Source: an uncultured Spirochaetaceae bacterium (lineage in GTDB: Bacteria; Spirochaetota; Spirochaetia; SZUA-6; Bin103). From it: a DNA stretch of 53,175 nucleotides. Position numbers and translations under genes: made by a program. The notes beneath the pieces were generated by a model. That model did no database searches and was not told the DNA's origin. It saw only the letters and a list, made by a program, of their open reading frames with translations. The stretch spans positions 1 through 53,175 of the forward strand of contig CAZTZA010000001.1 of assembly GCA_964618015.1 (NCBI GenBank), written 5' to 3'. Positions 18,932 through 27,834 of this stretch are shown piece by piece (position 1 is the first letter of the stretch; each line of letters begins with the position of its first letter).

Positions 18932-18961
18932 AGATCTTTTACTATTTTGATGCGGGCAGCG

Positions 18962-18990
18962 ACTATACTACCGAATAAACTATAGATCAA
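18962..18990 (-). promoter_or_regulatory. Candidate internal promoter (TTGATC-17 nt-TATAGT, minus strand) in an AT-rich spacer
   Basis: The reverse complement of 18985-18990 is TTGATC and of 18962-18967 is TATAGT, with a 17-nt spacer. It lies ~30 nt upstream of the GTG start at 18931, inside the strongly AT-rich 178-nt gap 18932-19109. Confidence 0.3.
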
Positions 18991-19109
18991 CCACGCTATC
19001 TTTGACGGACAACAGCATATTTTATATGAATATTTGTCGAAATTTCTATTTACTAATTAGCTACATAAAAAATTATTGACAACTATAATGACATTAAAGG
19101 CGGTAGATA

Positions 19110-20450
19110 TTAAGTACATCCGTGTGGTAACTGTGGACGAATTGCATCCAATCTTACATCGTCTAATAAAGAAGCGTATTGGCGGGCCAGTTCTGGATAT
19201 CTAAAAAGATTAATCTCACTATCTATCCCGCGATACACAACGTTTCTAGTCTTTTCGTATTCTTGATAGAATGCCGTAATACTTGTCTTTGTGTCGGCTA
19301 TAGAAGAGCAATAGCTGCCAGATTTTGTTTTTTTAAGCAAGGTATTAACGACATCATTGCCTGTTCCTCCTACGGCGATAATTGGTCGTTTGGCTCCGAG
19401 ATATTCAAAAACTTTTCCGGAATAACATCCATTACCCCGTGGGTTCCCCCAGTTCAATAGGAGTAACAGATGAGATTCCATTTGGCGGGGTGCAATGGAC
19501 TCGAATGGCAGCACTCCGGGTAGTTCTATGATGGAGCGAAGATTGGGAAGATTTGCGTAATGCTGGAGAGGTGGGCTCTTGGGACCAAAGAATCTTATGA
19601 CGAACCGGCTAGGATCAATAACGCTTTCGGCTAGCAGTTGTGCCACAGCGTCAAATAATATACTGGGATGCTGCGCAGGATAGATTTGACCTGTGTAGGT
19701 GATAGTGAAACGGTCAACCAATTTGGGTGGTGATTGGTAGGCTATGGGATCAAACCCGTTTGTTATCGAATATCCCGGTGTGAGACGATGTAAAGTGTGA
19801 AGCTGAGTAACCCATGGATCGGATATGGTCACGTGGGCTGCAGCTTTCGATAAAGTTCGTTTTTCGAGCTTACGTTCAACCCAGCGTCGTAGAAGGGAAT
19901 GGGAGTAGTTATGATTTTGGGTCCAAAGGTCACGTAGATCGGCAATCCATGGAATTGAAAAGTCGACAGATATTTGACTTGCGGCAATATGTGCGGAAAC
20001 AGGAGAAGAGCTAGAAATTATCGCGTCGAAGGACTCTTTTGTGAGCAGATCTCCCACAGAATCAAGGACGGATGGTAACCATTCTCGTTCCTCGTCTGGA
20101 TACCAGCGCCATTCAAGGTAGAAGGATTTAAAGAAACGGTAGACCCTAGTAAAAATTCGATAAAAGATGCGCATTGCATACCATAGGAAGGATCCACGTT
20201 TTACGCGGCTGCGGACGACTTCGGTTAGAAGTCCTTTAACGTCCCGAGGCTTCTCATAATATTCTGTCTCAAGCAATTTGATGTGCTGCGAGAGGTTGGT
20301 AGCTGGTTCATTAAGCGCCCCTCCCCATGAACTTAGAGGGGCGGTCACGATAACTGGGTCCCATCCAAAGGTGGAGAGGTGTCGGGCAAGGTTCGGAATC
20401 CTTGGTGACGCGTGGTACAGGTGGGCGATAATAAGGACTCGCTTGGTCAT
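19110..20450 (-). CDS. GT-B-like glycosyltransferase, divergent family (paralogue 2)
   Basis: The ATG at 20450 (MTKRVLIIAHLYHASPRIP) is preferred over 20474. It shares the same conserved blocks as 17624-18931 (SSSSPV, ADLRDLWTQNH, FTITYTGQIY, LLLLLNW, KVFEYLGAKRPIIAVGG). Confidence 0.6.
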   Translation of the reverse strand: MTKRVLIIAHLYHASPRIPNLARHLSTFGWDPVIVTAPLSSWGGALNEPATNLSQHIKLLETEYYEKPRDVKGLLTEVVRSRVKRGSFLWYAMRIFYRIFTRVYRFFKSFYLEWRWYPDEEREWLPSVLDSVGDLLTKESFDAIISSSSPVSAHIAASQISVDFSIPWIADLRDLWTQNHNYSHSLLRRWVERKLEKRTLSKAAAHVTISDPWVTQLHTLHRLTPGYSITNGFDPIAYQSPPKLVDRFTITYTGQIYPAQHPSILFDAVAQLLAESVIDPSRFVIRFFGPKSPPLQHYANLPNLRSIIELPGVLPFESIAPRQMESHLLLLLNWGNPRGNGCYSGKVFEYLGAKRPIIAVGGTGNDVVNTLLKKTKSGSYCSSIADTKTSITAFYQEYEKTRNVVYRGIDSEINLFRYPELARQYASLLDDVRLDAIRPQLPHGCT

Positions 20451-20722
20451 TTTTTCGTTGACAGGATCGACCAAAATAATTTGGTATTTCGGGGAAGACC
20501 GACAACGTCATCATGCTTGGTAGGAAACCCTACACTCGTTGCGTCTGGATAAATCTTTGCCAAAAGAAGATTCCGGCATCTGGAGCGATAGACGACCTCA
20601 GTCACCCTAGGATCTATTGCAGGATGCTGGTGGCGATTGATCAAAAGCAGACTGCGATAAGAGCCTTCGGCATATTAAAGAATCCAAAAGTTTCACCGGC
20701 GACACCTCCCAGCATTCTATCA

Positions 20723-22234
20723 TCATTTCTTACGGCTTAGAAAACTAAAAGTTCCCGAAAGGAATCGTGTGCGTTTGGCAAGCATTGTCCGCAGATCCTT
20801 CGTGAAGGGCCTTGGACTTAGGTACAAGGCCATGGAAAGTATTATTATGCCTACAGGAGCTCGTACTACTAGGCCAACGACATGATTTCGAACGGGAATC
20901 AGCAACAGCGCCGTGCTAATTATCAGGGTAACGCCGAGCACGAAGAATACGCCCCGCCAATCGTACGGAACATAGTAGGAATGTTTCCTTGCCCAGAAGT
21001 AGACAAAAAAGACGTATGCGCCGTATGAAATGCTAGTGGACGTTGCTGCTCCTATGGCCCCAAAGGAAGGAATCATAAACAAATTCAAAATGATATTTAA
21101 AGCTGCGCCGATTACAGCGGCGAGAGAGGTAAATTCTGGTCTCTTAGCTAGTAAGAGCGAGTATCCGCCACAAATACTTAGAAAATATGCGAATGGAGCT
21201 ACAACCATAATAGGGATTAGAGAAGTGCTTTGTACATACTCTTCACGAGCACCAAGATGCTCTGAAAATACATGGAGCAGGTCGCGAGTTACGAGACTGA
21301 TGGAAAGATAGACGAAGGCTCCCCCCACAACCAGTACGCTCATTAGTTTCGCCAGCAACTGACTAGTTGCAAGCTGGTCATGTTCTTCAGCATAACGAAA
21401 TAAGACTGCGGGCAGGAGCAAGGAGCAAGGAGTGTATAGAAGAATGTTAAAAATTGCCGAGAATTTTTGGCCAACAGCATACAGGCCGACCTCGGACTGA
21501 CCTGAAAAGAAATTGAGGAGCATCCGGTCAGTAGCGCCGAGAGACCAAATGGCGAAGCCTGAAAAGATGAATGGGATGCCAATTCGGAGCATCTTACGGA
21601 GGTGTGTTACATAGATTGCAGGAACGATAAGTCTGCGAACTGCGACTGTGATCACGATTAACGTGACAAGGGCAGCTGCCAATGAAGATTCAAGGTAGCC
21701 GATTACACCCCGGCTCGCGATTATTACCAAGAGGATTTTTAGCGTGAAGTCAACACCGAATCGTAACAGGGAAAAAAATACGTAGGCGGCACCACGCTCC
21801 TCAAGTCGCAATAGATTGAAGGGAACTTCCAAGGCGAAATTGAATAAGAAATAGAACCCAAGAAGTTGAACTTCGGTAGTTCGCTCCGTGGTTCCGAATA
21901 GAGCATTGGCCAGAGGTTCCGAAAAAACTACCAAGGCGGTCCCGACAATTCCTCCGAGGCACAGATGCCAGACAGCACTGGTCCCTGCTAGCCGGCGCCG
22001 ATCCTTGTCCGCTACAGTGAAGTACATTCTATGGAGCGCGCTCATCATTCCGGCGCTTGCTACCATCGAACTGAATTGGACTACTATTAATAGCAGTGCA
22101 ATGACGCCATATTCCTCGGCAGTGAATTTCCCCATGTAAACAGGCATAAGGACGAAACTCAGGGCGGTCTGAGAGATTGTACCTACGCCGTACGTCAAGA
22201 ACTGTTTCGCGACCCGAGGCGCGTTTTCGGTCAC
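20723..22234 (-). CDS. wzx: MOP-superfamily oligosaccharide flippase (Wzx-like)
   Basis: 503 aa with about 12-14 TM segments, matching the polysaccharide-biosynthesis-protein pattern. Its start overlaps the stop of the upstream GT by 4 nt. Confidence 0.75.
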   Translation of the reverse strand: MTENAPRVAKQFLTYGVGTISQTALSFVLMPVYMGKFTAEEYGVIALLLIVVQFSSMVASAGMMSALHRMYFTVADKDRRRLAGTSAVWHLCLGGIVGTALVVFSEPLANALFGTTERTTEVQLLGFYFLFNFALEVPFNLLRLEERGAAYVFFSLLRFGVDFTLKILLVIIASRGVIGYLESSLAAALVTLIVITVAVRRLIVPAIYVTHLRKMLRIGIPFIFSGFAIWSLGATDRMLLNFFSGQSEVGLYAVGQKFSAIFNILLYTPCSLLLPAVLFRYAEEHDQLATSQLLAKLMSVLVVGGAFVYLSISLVTRDLLHVFSEHLGAREEYVQSTSLIPIMVVAPFAYFLSICGGYSLLLAKRPEFTSLAAVIGAALNIILNLFMIPSFGAIGAATSTSISYGAYVFFVYFWARKHSYYVPYDWRGVFFVLGVTLIISTALLLIPVRNHVVGLVVRAPVGIIILSMALYLSPRPFTKDLRTMLAKRTRFLSGTFSFLSRKK

Positions 22235-23379
22235 TTTGGGTTTCTTAATTCAGTAGATTGACGATCTCTTCGACTCAGAGAACGGTAGATTTCTTCTACC
22301 TTTTGCATCTCCGTGTCGACGTTGTTTCGCTCAACGATGGTGTGTCGGGCTCCAACGCCTAGCCGGCGGGCGAGGTCTTGGTCAGAGAGTACCTCGATTA
22401 AACGAGCAGATAAGGTAGCAGCGTCACTACAGGGAAATAGAAATCCTGTTACGCCATGATTTACCCACGAAGCGTTGTCACCAAAATCCGTGACAACCGG
22501 GGGCACTCCGCAGGCCATCGCTTCGGCAGTACTAGCCGCTAGACCACCGTCAGAGAGAGAAGTTGAAACGTATACGCTAGCGGAAGCGGCGTATCGGACC
22601 ATATCTTTATCTGACAGCCGGCCGACGAATCGGACTAATGAAGTTACGCCTAGCGAGTCTGCCAGCTGTTCCAGCTCAGAACGCTGCGGTCCATCACCAA
22701 CTATAACAAATCGCGTTTTCGGGACCGACTGCGTTACGGTAGGTATCGCGGCAAGCAGTGTTCCGATATCGTAGATTGGGTCAAGGGCTCGCATACTAAT
22801 TTCAAGTGGAGCCTCATCCTGAAATCCAAGTTCACCAGCTAACTTTGGATCGCGCTGTTTTGGTTCGAACCGATTGACGTCAGTGCCGAAGGCTATTACG
22901 TGGATGCGTTCAAATGGGATCCCTCGATGGAGCAACTCATCCCTTAGATGCTCTGCGTCACAGATAAACGAACTACCCGCGGCAAGGATGCGACGTACCT
23001 GCAAGCGCCATTTGACTGATTCCCGAGGATTCACCAGCAAATCAGAGCCCCAAGGAGTAACAACCAAGGCATTGCTGCCGGTACTCAGTGCTGCGCCCAG
23101 GGCATAGAGTCCCAACCAGTGGATGTGAATTACATCTGGATTAATGACTTTTATCAATCGACGCCAGCTTGCTAACCACCGTGGAAAACGCAACAAGTAT
23201 TTGGCAATTGGTAGTCGGGTGCCGCGCAAAGGGAGGTGATGTACCTTTACATCCGCAACTTCAAGAGCGTCATCGAATGAAGCATCAATGACGTGAACGT
23301 CATGTCCCGCACGTGCAAAATAACTTATCCACCGTTTCGAATGAATACTGCCCAGCGGGGCGACGTATAGAATTCTCAC
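22231..23379 (-). CDS. GT4 glycosyltransferase (tandem duplicate A)
   Basis: 382 aa. It has MRILYVAPLGSIHSKRWISYFAR and VYVSTSLSDGGLAASTAEAMACGVPPVVTDFGDN (E-x7-E region). It is a clear paralogue of 23844-24962. Confidence 0.85.
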   Translation of the reverse strand: MRILYVAPLGSIHSKRWISYFARAGHDVHVIDASFDDALEVADVKVHHLPLRGTRLPIAKYLLRFPRWLASWRRLIKVINPDVIHIHWLGLYALGAALSTGSNALVVTPWGSDLLVNPRESVKWRLQVRRILAAGSSFICDAEHLRDELLHRGIPFERIHVIAFGTDVNRFEPKQRDPKLAGELGFQDEAPLEISMRALDPIYDIGTLLAAIPTVTQSVPKTRFVIVGDGPQRSELEQLADSLGVTSLVRFVGRLSDKDMVRYAASASVYVSTSLSDGGLAASTAEAMACGVPPVVTDFGDNASWVNHGVTGFLFPCSDAATLSARLIEVLSDQDLARRLGVGARHTIVERNNVDTEMQKVEEIYRSLSRRDRQSTELRNPK

Positions 23380-23815
23380 GTCTCCCGCCCCATTCTACCT
23401 AATAGATCTTCTGCGCGACCGGTTGATAGCTCAACATTGGTGATTCCCGCTTTTTCGAGCCATAGGCAACCAAGTTCCACTGTCCTTGGGTTAATGTCGA
23501 TGCCGGATAGTCGTGCATGTGGATATGCTAACGCTATACCGTAAAGCTTGTTACCGCAATTACAACCCACCTCCAATATGCTCTCTGGCTCTTGTTTATC
23601 GAGAATGCTGGCCAGGTACTCATTACGATTCCGACCTGTTCGCGTGTCCCAGTAACAACGTGTGTCTTTGTCCTGACGTCCCTGCCAATATTCGTTTCGG
23701 TTGTCGGTCAACGGCTCAAACCTCCCGTAATTGGATGCGGAAGCGCCTGATAAAGGGAGGAGAGGATACGATAGAGCAGCGGTATGGCTTTGATGATTCG
23801 CTTAACGAAGGTCAT
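23376..23815 (-). pseudogene. Relic of a class I SAM-dependent methyltransferase (3'-truncated, possibly 5'-frameshifted)
   Basis: A 111-aa ORF (TTG 23711, GGGAGG SD) carries motif I ILEVGCNCG and post-I GIDIN. It stops after ~110 aa, overlapping the next GT start. A 35-codon ORF (23815-23708, MTFVKRIIKAIPLLYRILSSLYQALP...) ends in a TTGA overlap with it, in another frame. Confidence 0.55.
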
Positions 23816-23843
23816 TGTGGTTTACGTAAGTTTTTATCGGATG

Positions 23844-24962
23844 TCATGAGGTAATGCGCTTGTAAATACGCATCACCTTCGACATTTCGCTTTCCCAGTT
23901 GTTGCGTGCTTCGATTATCTTCCTGGCGCGCGCCCCCATCGCTTGTCCATGCTCCGGGTCCTGTAGAATCTGTATGATGCGATCTGCCAGTGCGGAGGAA
24001 TCACGCAACGGGAACAAATAACCGGTAACATCATTCTGTATCCAGTCACCGTTGTTCCCGAAGTCAGTAACGACGGACGGCACCTCGCATGCCATTGCTT
24101 CTGCGGTGCTCGCAGCGATTCCAGCGTCAGAGAGGGACGTTGACACGTAGACGTCCGCTGAGGCCGTAAAGCGTTGTAGGTCCTCGTTGGAAAGCCTTCC
24201 TACGAATCGGGTGTATTCCTGCACACCAGTCTCGTTGCAGAGTCGTTCAAGAGACTGGCGTTCTTCGCCATCACCTACGATGACGAAGCCTACCTTATGC
24301 TGGTTACGCATGACTTTCGGGATAGCCCGTATTAACGTTCCTATGTCATAGATAGGGCTGTGCAGCGAGCGTAGACTGACGACTAAACGCGTACCGGGCG
24401 AAAATCCCAACTGCTCTGACAAGAGCGGATCATGCTTTTCAGGACAAAACTGCGCAACGTCGGTTCCGAAGTAAACAATCTCAATGTTATCCCGAGAAGC
24501 TCCAAGTTTAACCATATGCTCTTTAATATGGTCAGCATCGCAAGTAATGAGGTCGACGGAGGCAAGCGTCCTTCTTACAACAAGGCGGTATTTTAGTGAC
24601 CGGCCTGGGTCAACCAACACCTCACTACCCCATGCAGTAGCCACGACAGGATTAAAACCGCATCGTTTTACGATGTAAGCGTAAATGCTGATTGCGTGCA
24701 CGTGTACAATGTCAGGCTGCACTCTTTCCAATAGTTCACCAATGGCTTGCTTGAAGGGTCGGTAGGCGCGTAGGTACTGTTGGATGACGCTTCCTTTGAC
24801 CTCAGGACGGGTTACACCTTCGTGGTACGTTGCGCCGGTTATAGGGACATGGTCCGGTGTGCCAACGTTTACCACGTGAACGTTGATCCCAATCCGTGCG
24901 AAATATTCAATCCATCGTACAGAATGTATTGAGTTCATCGATGCGATGAAGAGGATTTTCAT
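23844..24962 (-). CDS. GT4 glycosyltransferase (tandem duplicate B)
   Basis: 372 aa. It has MKILFIASMNSIHSVRWIEYFAR and VYVSTSLSDAGIAASTAEAMACEVPSVVTDFGNN. There is a 4-nt overlap with the upstream nucleotidyltransferase stop. Confidence 0.85.
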   Translation of the reverse strand: MKILFIASMNSIHSVRWIEYFARIGINVHVVNVGTPDHVPITGATYHEGVTRPEVKGSVIQQYLRAYRPFKQAIGELLERVQPDIVHVHAISIYAYIVKRCGFNPVVATAWGSEVLVDPGRSLKYRLVVRRTLASVDLITCDADHIKEHMVKLGASRDNIEIVYFGTDVAQFCPEKHDPLLSEQLGFSPGTRLVVSLRSLHSPIYDIGTLIRAIPKVMRNQHKVGFVIVGDGEERQSLERLCNETGVQEYTRFVGRLSNEDLQRFTASADVYVSTSLSDAGIAASTAEAMACEVPSVVTDFGNNGDWIQNDVTGYLFPLRDSSALADRIIQILQDPEHGQAMGARARKIIEARNNWESEMSKVMRIYKRITS

Positions 24963-25693
24963 TTTCTATCAGTTTTACCGATAAAATCATCGCGTCGAGA
25001 TTCAAACTCTTGGTTGGCTTTTTCATAATCCGCATGCTGACCAATATCTATCCAATAGTAAGGCTCGCTAGAAGAGAACCCGCAGACCTTTTCCCCGGCG
25101 TTGATGAGCTTGTTGGCTAGATCGGGAAGATCTAAACGTTGCCCCGGCTTGATGTACTCGAGCGCTCGTCGGTTGTACACGTAAATTCCAATATTGTCGT
25201 AATAAGTATATGTAGGTTTCTCGGAAATAGAGGAAATAAGATGGTCTTGTTCGCTGAAGTTGACCACTCCAAGGTTCATTTTCACTCGTTTGACGCCGAC
25301 CGCGATTGTCAGGGTAGCTGAGTGATTAAGGTGGAAAGAATAAAGATCACTAAAATTAACGGTTGTGAGGATGTCTCCGTTCAATACCAGAAAGTTTTCC
25401 TCAGGTTCAGGGATTAAGGACACTGGAGCTGCTGTTCCAAGAGGTTCCGGCTCAACTATATAACTTATCGTTGCGCCAGCAGGGGTGTTGCCAGTTTCAT
25501 CAAAGAACATCCTAATATAGTTACCGAGATACCCTAGTGATACCACAATATCTTGGAAACCGTTATTCATTAGTTGATCGACAATTGTTCGTATAATCGG
25601 TTGTCCGCCGACGGGCAACATTGGCTTCGGGAATACTAGCGTGTACGGATGTAGCCGGGTTCCTCGGCCACCGGCAAGGATCAGCGCTTGCAT
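24959..25693 (-). CDS. Sugar-1-phosphate nucleotidyltransferase (NDP-hexose pyrophosphorylase)
   Basis: 244 aa. It has MQALILAGGRGTRLHPYTLVFPKPMLPVGG and the LNGDIL motif. Confidence 0.85.
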   Translation of the reverse strand: MQALILAGGRGTRLHPYTLVFPKPMLPVGGQPIIRTIVDQLMNNGFQDIVVSLGYLGNYIRMFFDETGNTPAGATISYIVEPEPLGTAAPVSLIPEPEENFLVLNGDILTTVNFSDLYSFHLNHSATLTIAVGVKRVKMNLGVVNFSEQDHLISSISEKPTYTYYDNIGIYVYNRRALEYIKPGQRLDLPDLANKLINAGEKVCGFSSSEPYYWIDIGQHADYEKANQEFESRRDDFIGKTDRK

Positions 25694-25708
25694 TGTAATA
25701 GCGGATGC

Positions 25709-26809
25709 CTATCCGTAGTGCTCCCGGATAGCAGTGACGACATAGTCAATTTCGTCGTCCTCCAGCGCCGGGTGCATCGGCAACGAAACGACCTCAGCTG
25801 AAATAGATTCGGTATTAGGTAATTCAAAGTGGCTAAGGCCCAAGCTAGGGTGACGATGAGTTGGGGTCGGCCACGATACAAGTGTGCCTACGTCATTATG
25901 ATCTAGATGCGTCAGCAGGGAATCACGGTCTTTCGTACGGATGACGTAGTTCTGGAACGCGTCGTACTGGCGAGCTTCTGAGAAGGAGGGAACGCGCAGG
26001 TCGCCAACCCCTTGGAGGCCCGTGTGGTACCGGGCGGCTATCCGTCGACGATGTTTAATAGTCTGCGGCAGCTGTTCAAGCATTCCTGTCAGGATTGCTG
26101 CTTGTAAGTTATCTAGGCGGCTGTTCCAACCCCAGAAAAGTATCTCTCCGGTGGCTCGATCCTGTCCGTTGTCGCGAAGACATCGCAGTCGGACATTCAG
26201 ATTGTCGTCGTTGGTGGTGATCATACCACCGTCCCCAAAGCACCCCATGATCTTGAATGGATAAAAACTATTAGTCGAAAGGATACCAAACGATCCCGCC
26301 GAACGATCGTCATAGGTAGCTCCGATTCCTTGGGCTGAATCTTCAATAACATGCAAATCATGCCGGTTGGCGATGTCCATAAGTGAATCCATTTGGCAGG
26401 CTCTTCCGTTCAAGTGAACAGGAATAATCGCTTTGGTGCGGTTTGTTATCGCGGCTTCCACCATATCTGGATCAATGTTGTAGTCATCGGCTACATCGAC
26501 AAGCACAGGAGTTGCCCCAGCGTGCACGATGGCCGCCACTGTAGCGACGAAGGTGTGTGCAACTGTGATCACTTCGTCTCCTGGTCCGATCTCAAGAACT
26601 TTGATGCATATGTTTAGGGCATCGCTGCCGTTCGCTACTCCTATCGCATGCTGGGTACCGGTGAATTCAGCAAATGCTGCTTCGAAATCGAGCAAGTCCT
26701 GACGCGCGATAAAATCAGCGCGATCGAACACAACTTCTTCGAAAACATCGCGTACAGCAGGCTCGAAAACTCTGATCTGCCTGGGAAGATCAACGAACGG
26801 TACAGTCAT
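25709..26809 (-). CDS. DegT/DnrJ/EryC1/StrS-family PLP sugar aminotransferase
   Basis: The ATG at 26809 (MTVPFVDLPRQ) forms an ATGA overlap with the E1beta stop; the track start at 26845 is less likely. Motifs are NGSDAL, VIEDSAQGIG and SFYPFKIMG (Lys). Confidence 0.85.
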   Translation of the reverse strand: MTVPFVDLPRQIRVFEPAVRDVFEEVVFDRADFIARQDLLDFEAAFAEFTGTQHAIGVANGSDALNICIKVLEIGPGDEVITVAHTFVATVAAIVHAGATPVLVDVADDYNIDPDMVEAAITNRTKAIIPVHLNGRACQMDSLMDIANRHDLHVIEDSAQGIGATYDDRSAGSFGILSTNSFYPFKIMGCFGDGGMITTNDDNLNVRLRCLRDNGQDRATGEILFWGWNSRLDNLQAAILTGMLEQLPQTIKHRRRIAARYHTGLQGVGDLRVPSFSEARQYDAFQNYVIRTKDRDSLLTHLDHNDVGTLVSWPTPTHRHPSLGLSHFELPNTESISAEVVSLPMHPALEDDEIDYVVTAIREHYG

Positions 26810-27834
26810 TCCATAGCCCCCAATTCGGGTAATTTTTTTACGCATTCCGAACCTCCGATGGCATCGGCGATACGTACCGCAATTTCCCGACGAGTGAAGT
26901 AGTAGGTCTTTTCCAAAGGTGCGCTGGCTGGCGCTGGCGTATCTGGAAGTGCTAACCGCACAATCGGACCAGAGAGAAATTCGAATCCCTCCTCCGCAAT
27001 CATGGCGCTAACCTCGGCCGCCACGCCACCAGTCTTCCATGTGCCGTCCACAATGACAAGGTGCCTGGTTTTGCGATCCGATTGGCGTATCATCCTACTA
27101 TCAACTGGTGTAAGAGTCCGTAGGTCGATTAGTTCGACGCTGATACCCGCTTCCTGTAGTGATGATAGCGCTCGCGAGGTCTCAGCCAACAGATATGAGG
27201 ATGATACGACTGTTACGTCGGCGCCTTGCTTCACAAGTCGGGCGCCAGTTAGCGGTCGGGTGAAATCCCCTTCCGGGACGACCGCTTCCTCGTCGTAAAG
27301 CCAGCGATCGTCGATATAGACGACCGGGCTTGGGTCACGGATCGCAGCTACTAGCATTCCTTTGGCGTCTGCTGGATCTGCCGGCATTACTACTTTTAGT
27401 CCGGGAACGTGCATGAACACCGATTGCAGTGCCTGAGAATGCTGGGCGCCTTGTTCGCCGCCGCGGTTGATAATAGCGCGTATTGTAATTGGTATTTGGC
27501 GATTACCGCCCAGGGAATAATTGACCATAGCGCATTGATTGCACAGTTGGTCCATAGCGTAATACATGAAATCCATACGCGGAAAAGTGAGTACCGGTCG
27601 CATGCCGGTCATCGCCGCACCGACCGCCATGCCGGCAACGCCGTTCTCAGAGACAGGAGTGTCGATCATGCGTTCTTCACCAAACCTCTCCAATAATCCC
27701 TGCAGAGTCTGTCCAACGTACCAGGGAGTATTTACTCCTACCCCAATTTGGATAACTCGTTCATCCAAAGCCATCTCTTCGTGGAATGCTTCATTAATTG
27801 CCTCAGCGTACTTCAGTGTGCGTTTGTGAGTCAT
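26806..27834 (-). CDS. ThDP-dependent 2-oxoacid dehydrogenase E1 component, beta-subunit homologue
   Basis: 342 aa. It has RMIDTPVSENGVAGMAVGAAMTGMRPV and HSQALQSVFMHVPGLKVVMPADPADAKG, a typical E1beta/transketolase Pyr + C-terminal domain pattern. Confidence 0.85.
   Translation of the reverse strand: MTHKRTLKYAEAINEAFHEEMALDERVIQIGVGVNTPWYVGQTLQGLLERFGEERMIDTPVSENGVAGMAVGAAMTGMRPVLTFPRMDFMYYAMDQLCNQCAMVNYSLGGNRQIPITIRAIINRGGEQGAQHSQALQSVFMHVPGLKVVMPADPADAKGMLVAAIRDPSPVVYIDDRWLYDEEAVVPEGDFTRPLTGARLVKQGADVTVVSSSYLLAETSRALSSLQEAGISVELIDLRTLTPVDSRMIRQSDRKTRHLVIVDGTWKTGGVAAEVSAMIAEEGFEFLSGPIVRLALPDTPAPASAPLEKTYYFTRREIAVRIADAIGGSECVKKLPELGAME

Noticed and set aside
20447-20644. Possible sulfotransferase pseudogene (LLAKIYPDA, HQHPAI fragments)
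   Set aside because: The motifs are about 20 residues apart instead of the many tens expected. No PAPS-binding PKxGTT motif is found in any frame. This is retained only as an unexplained-gap finding.
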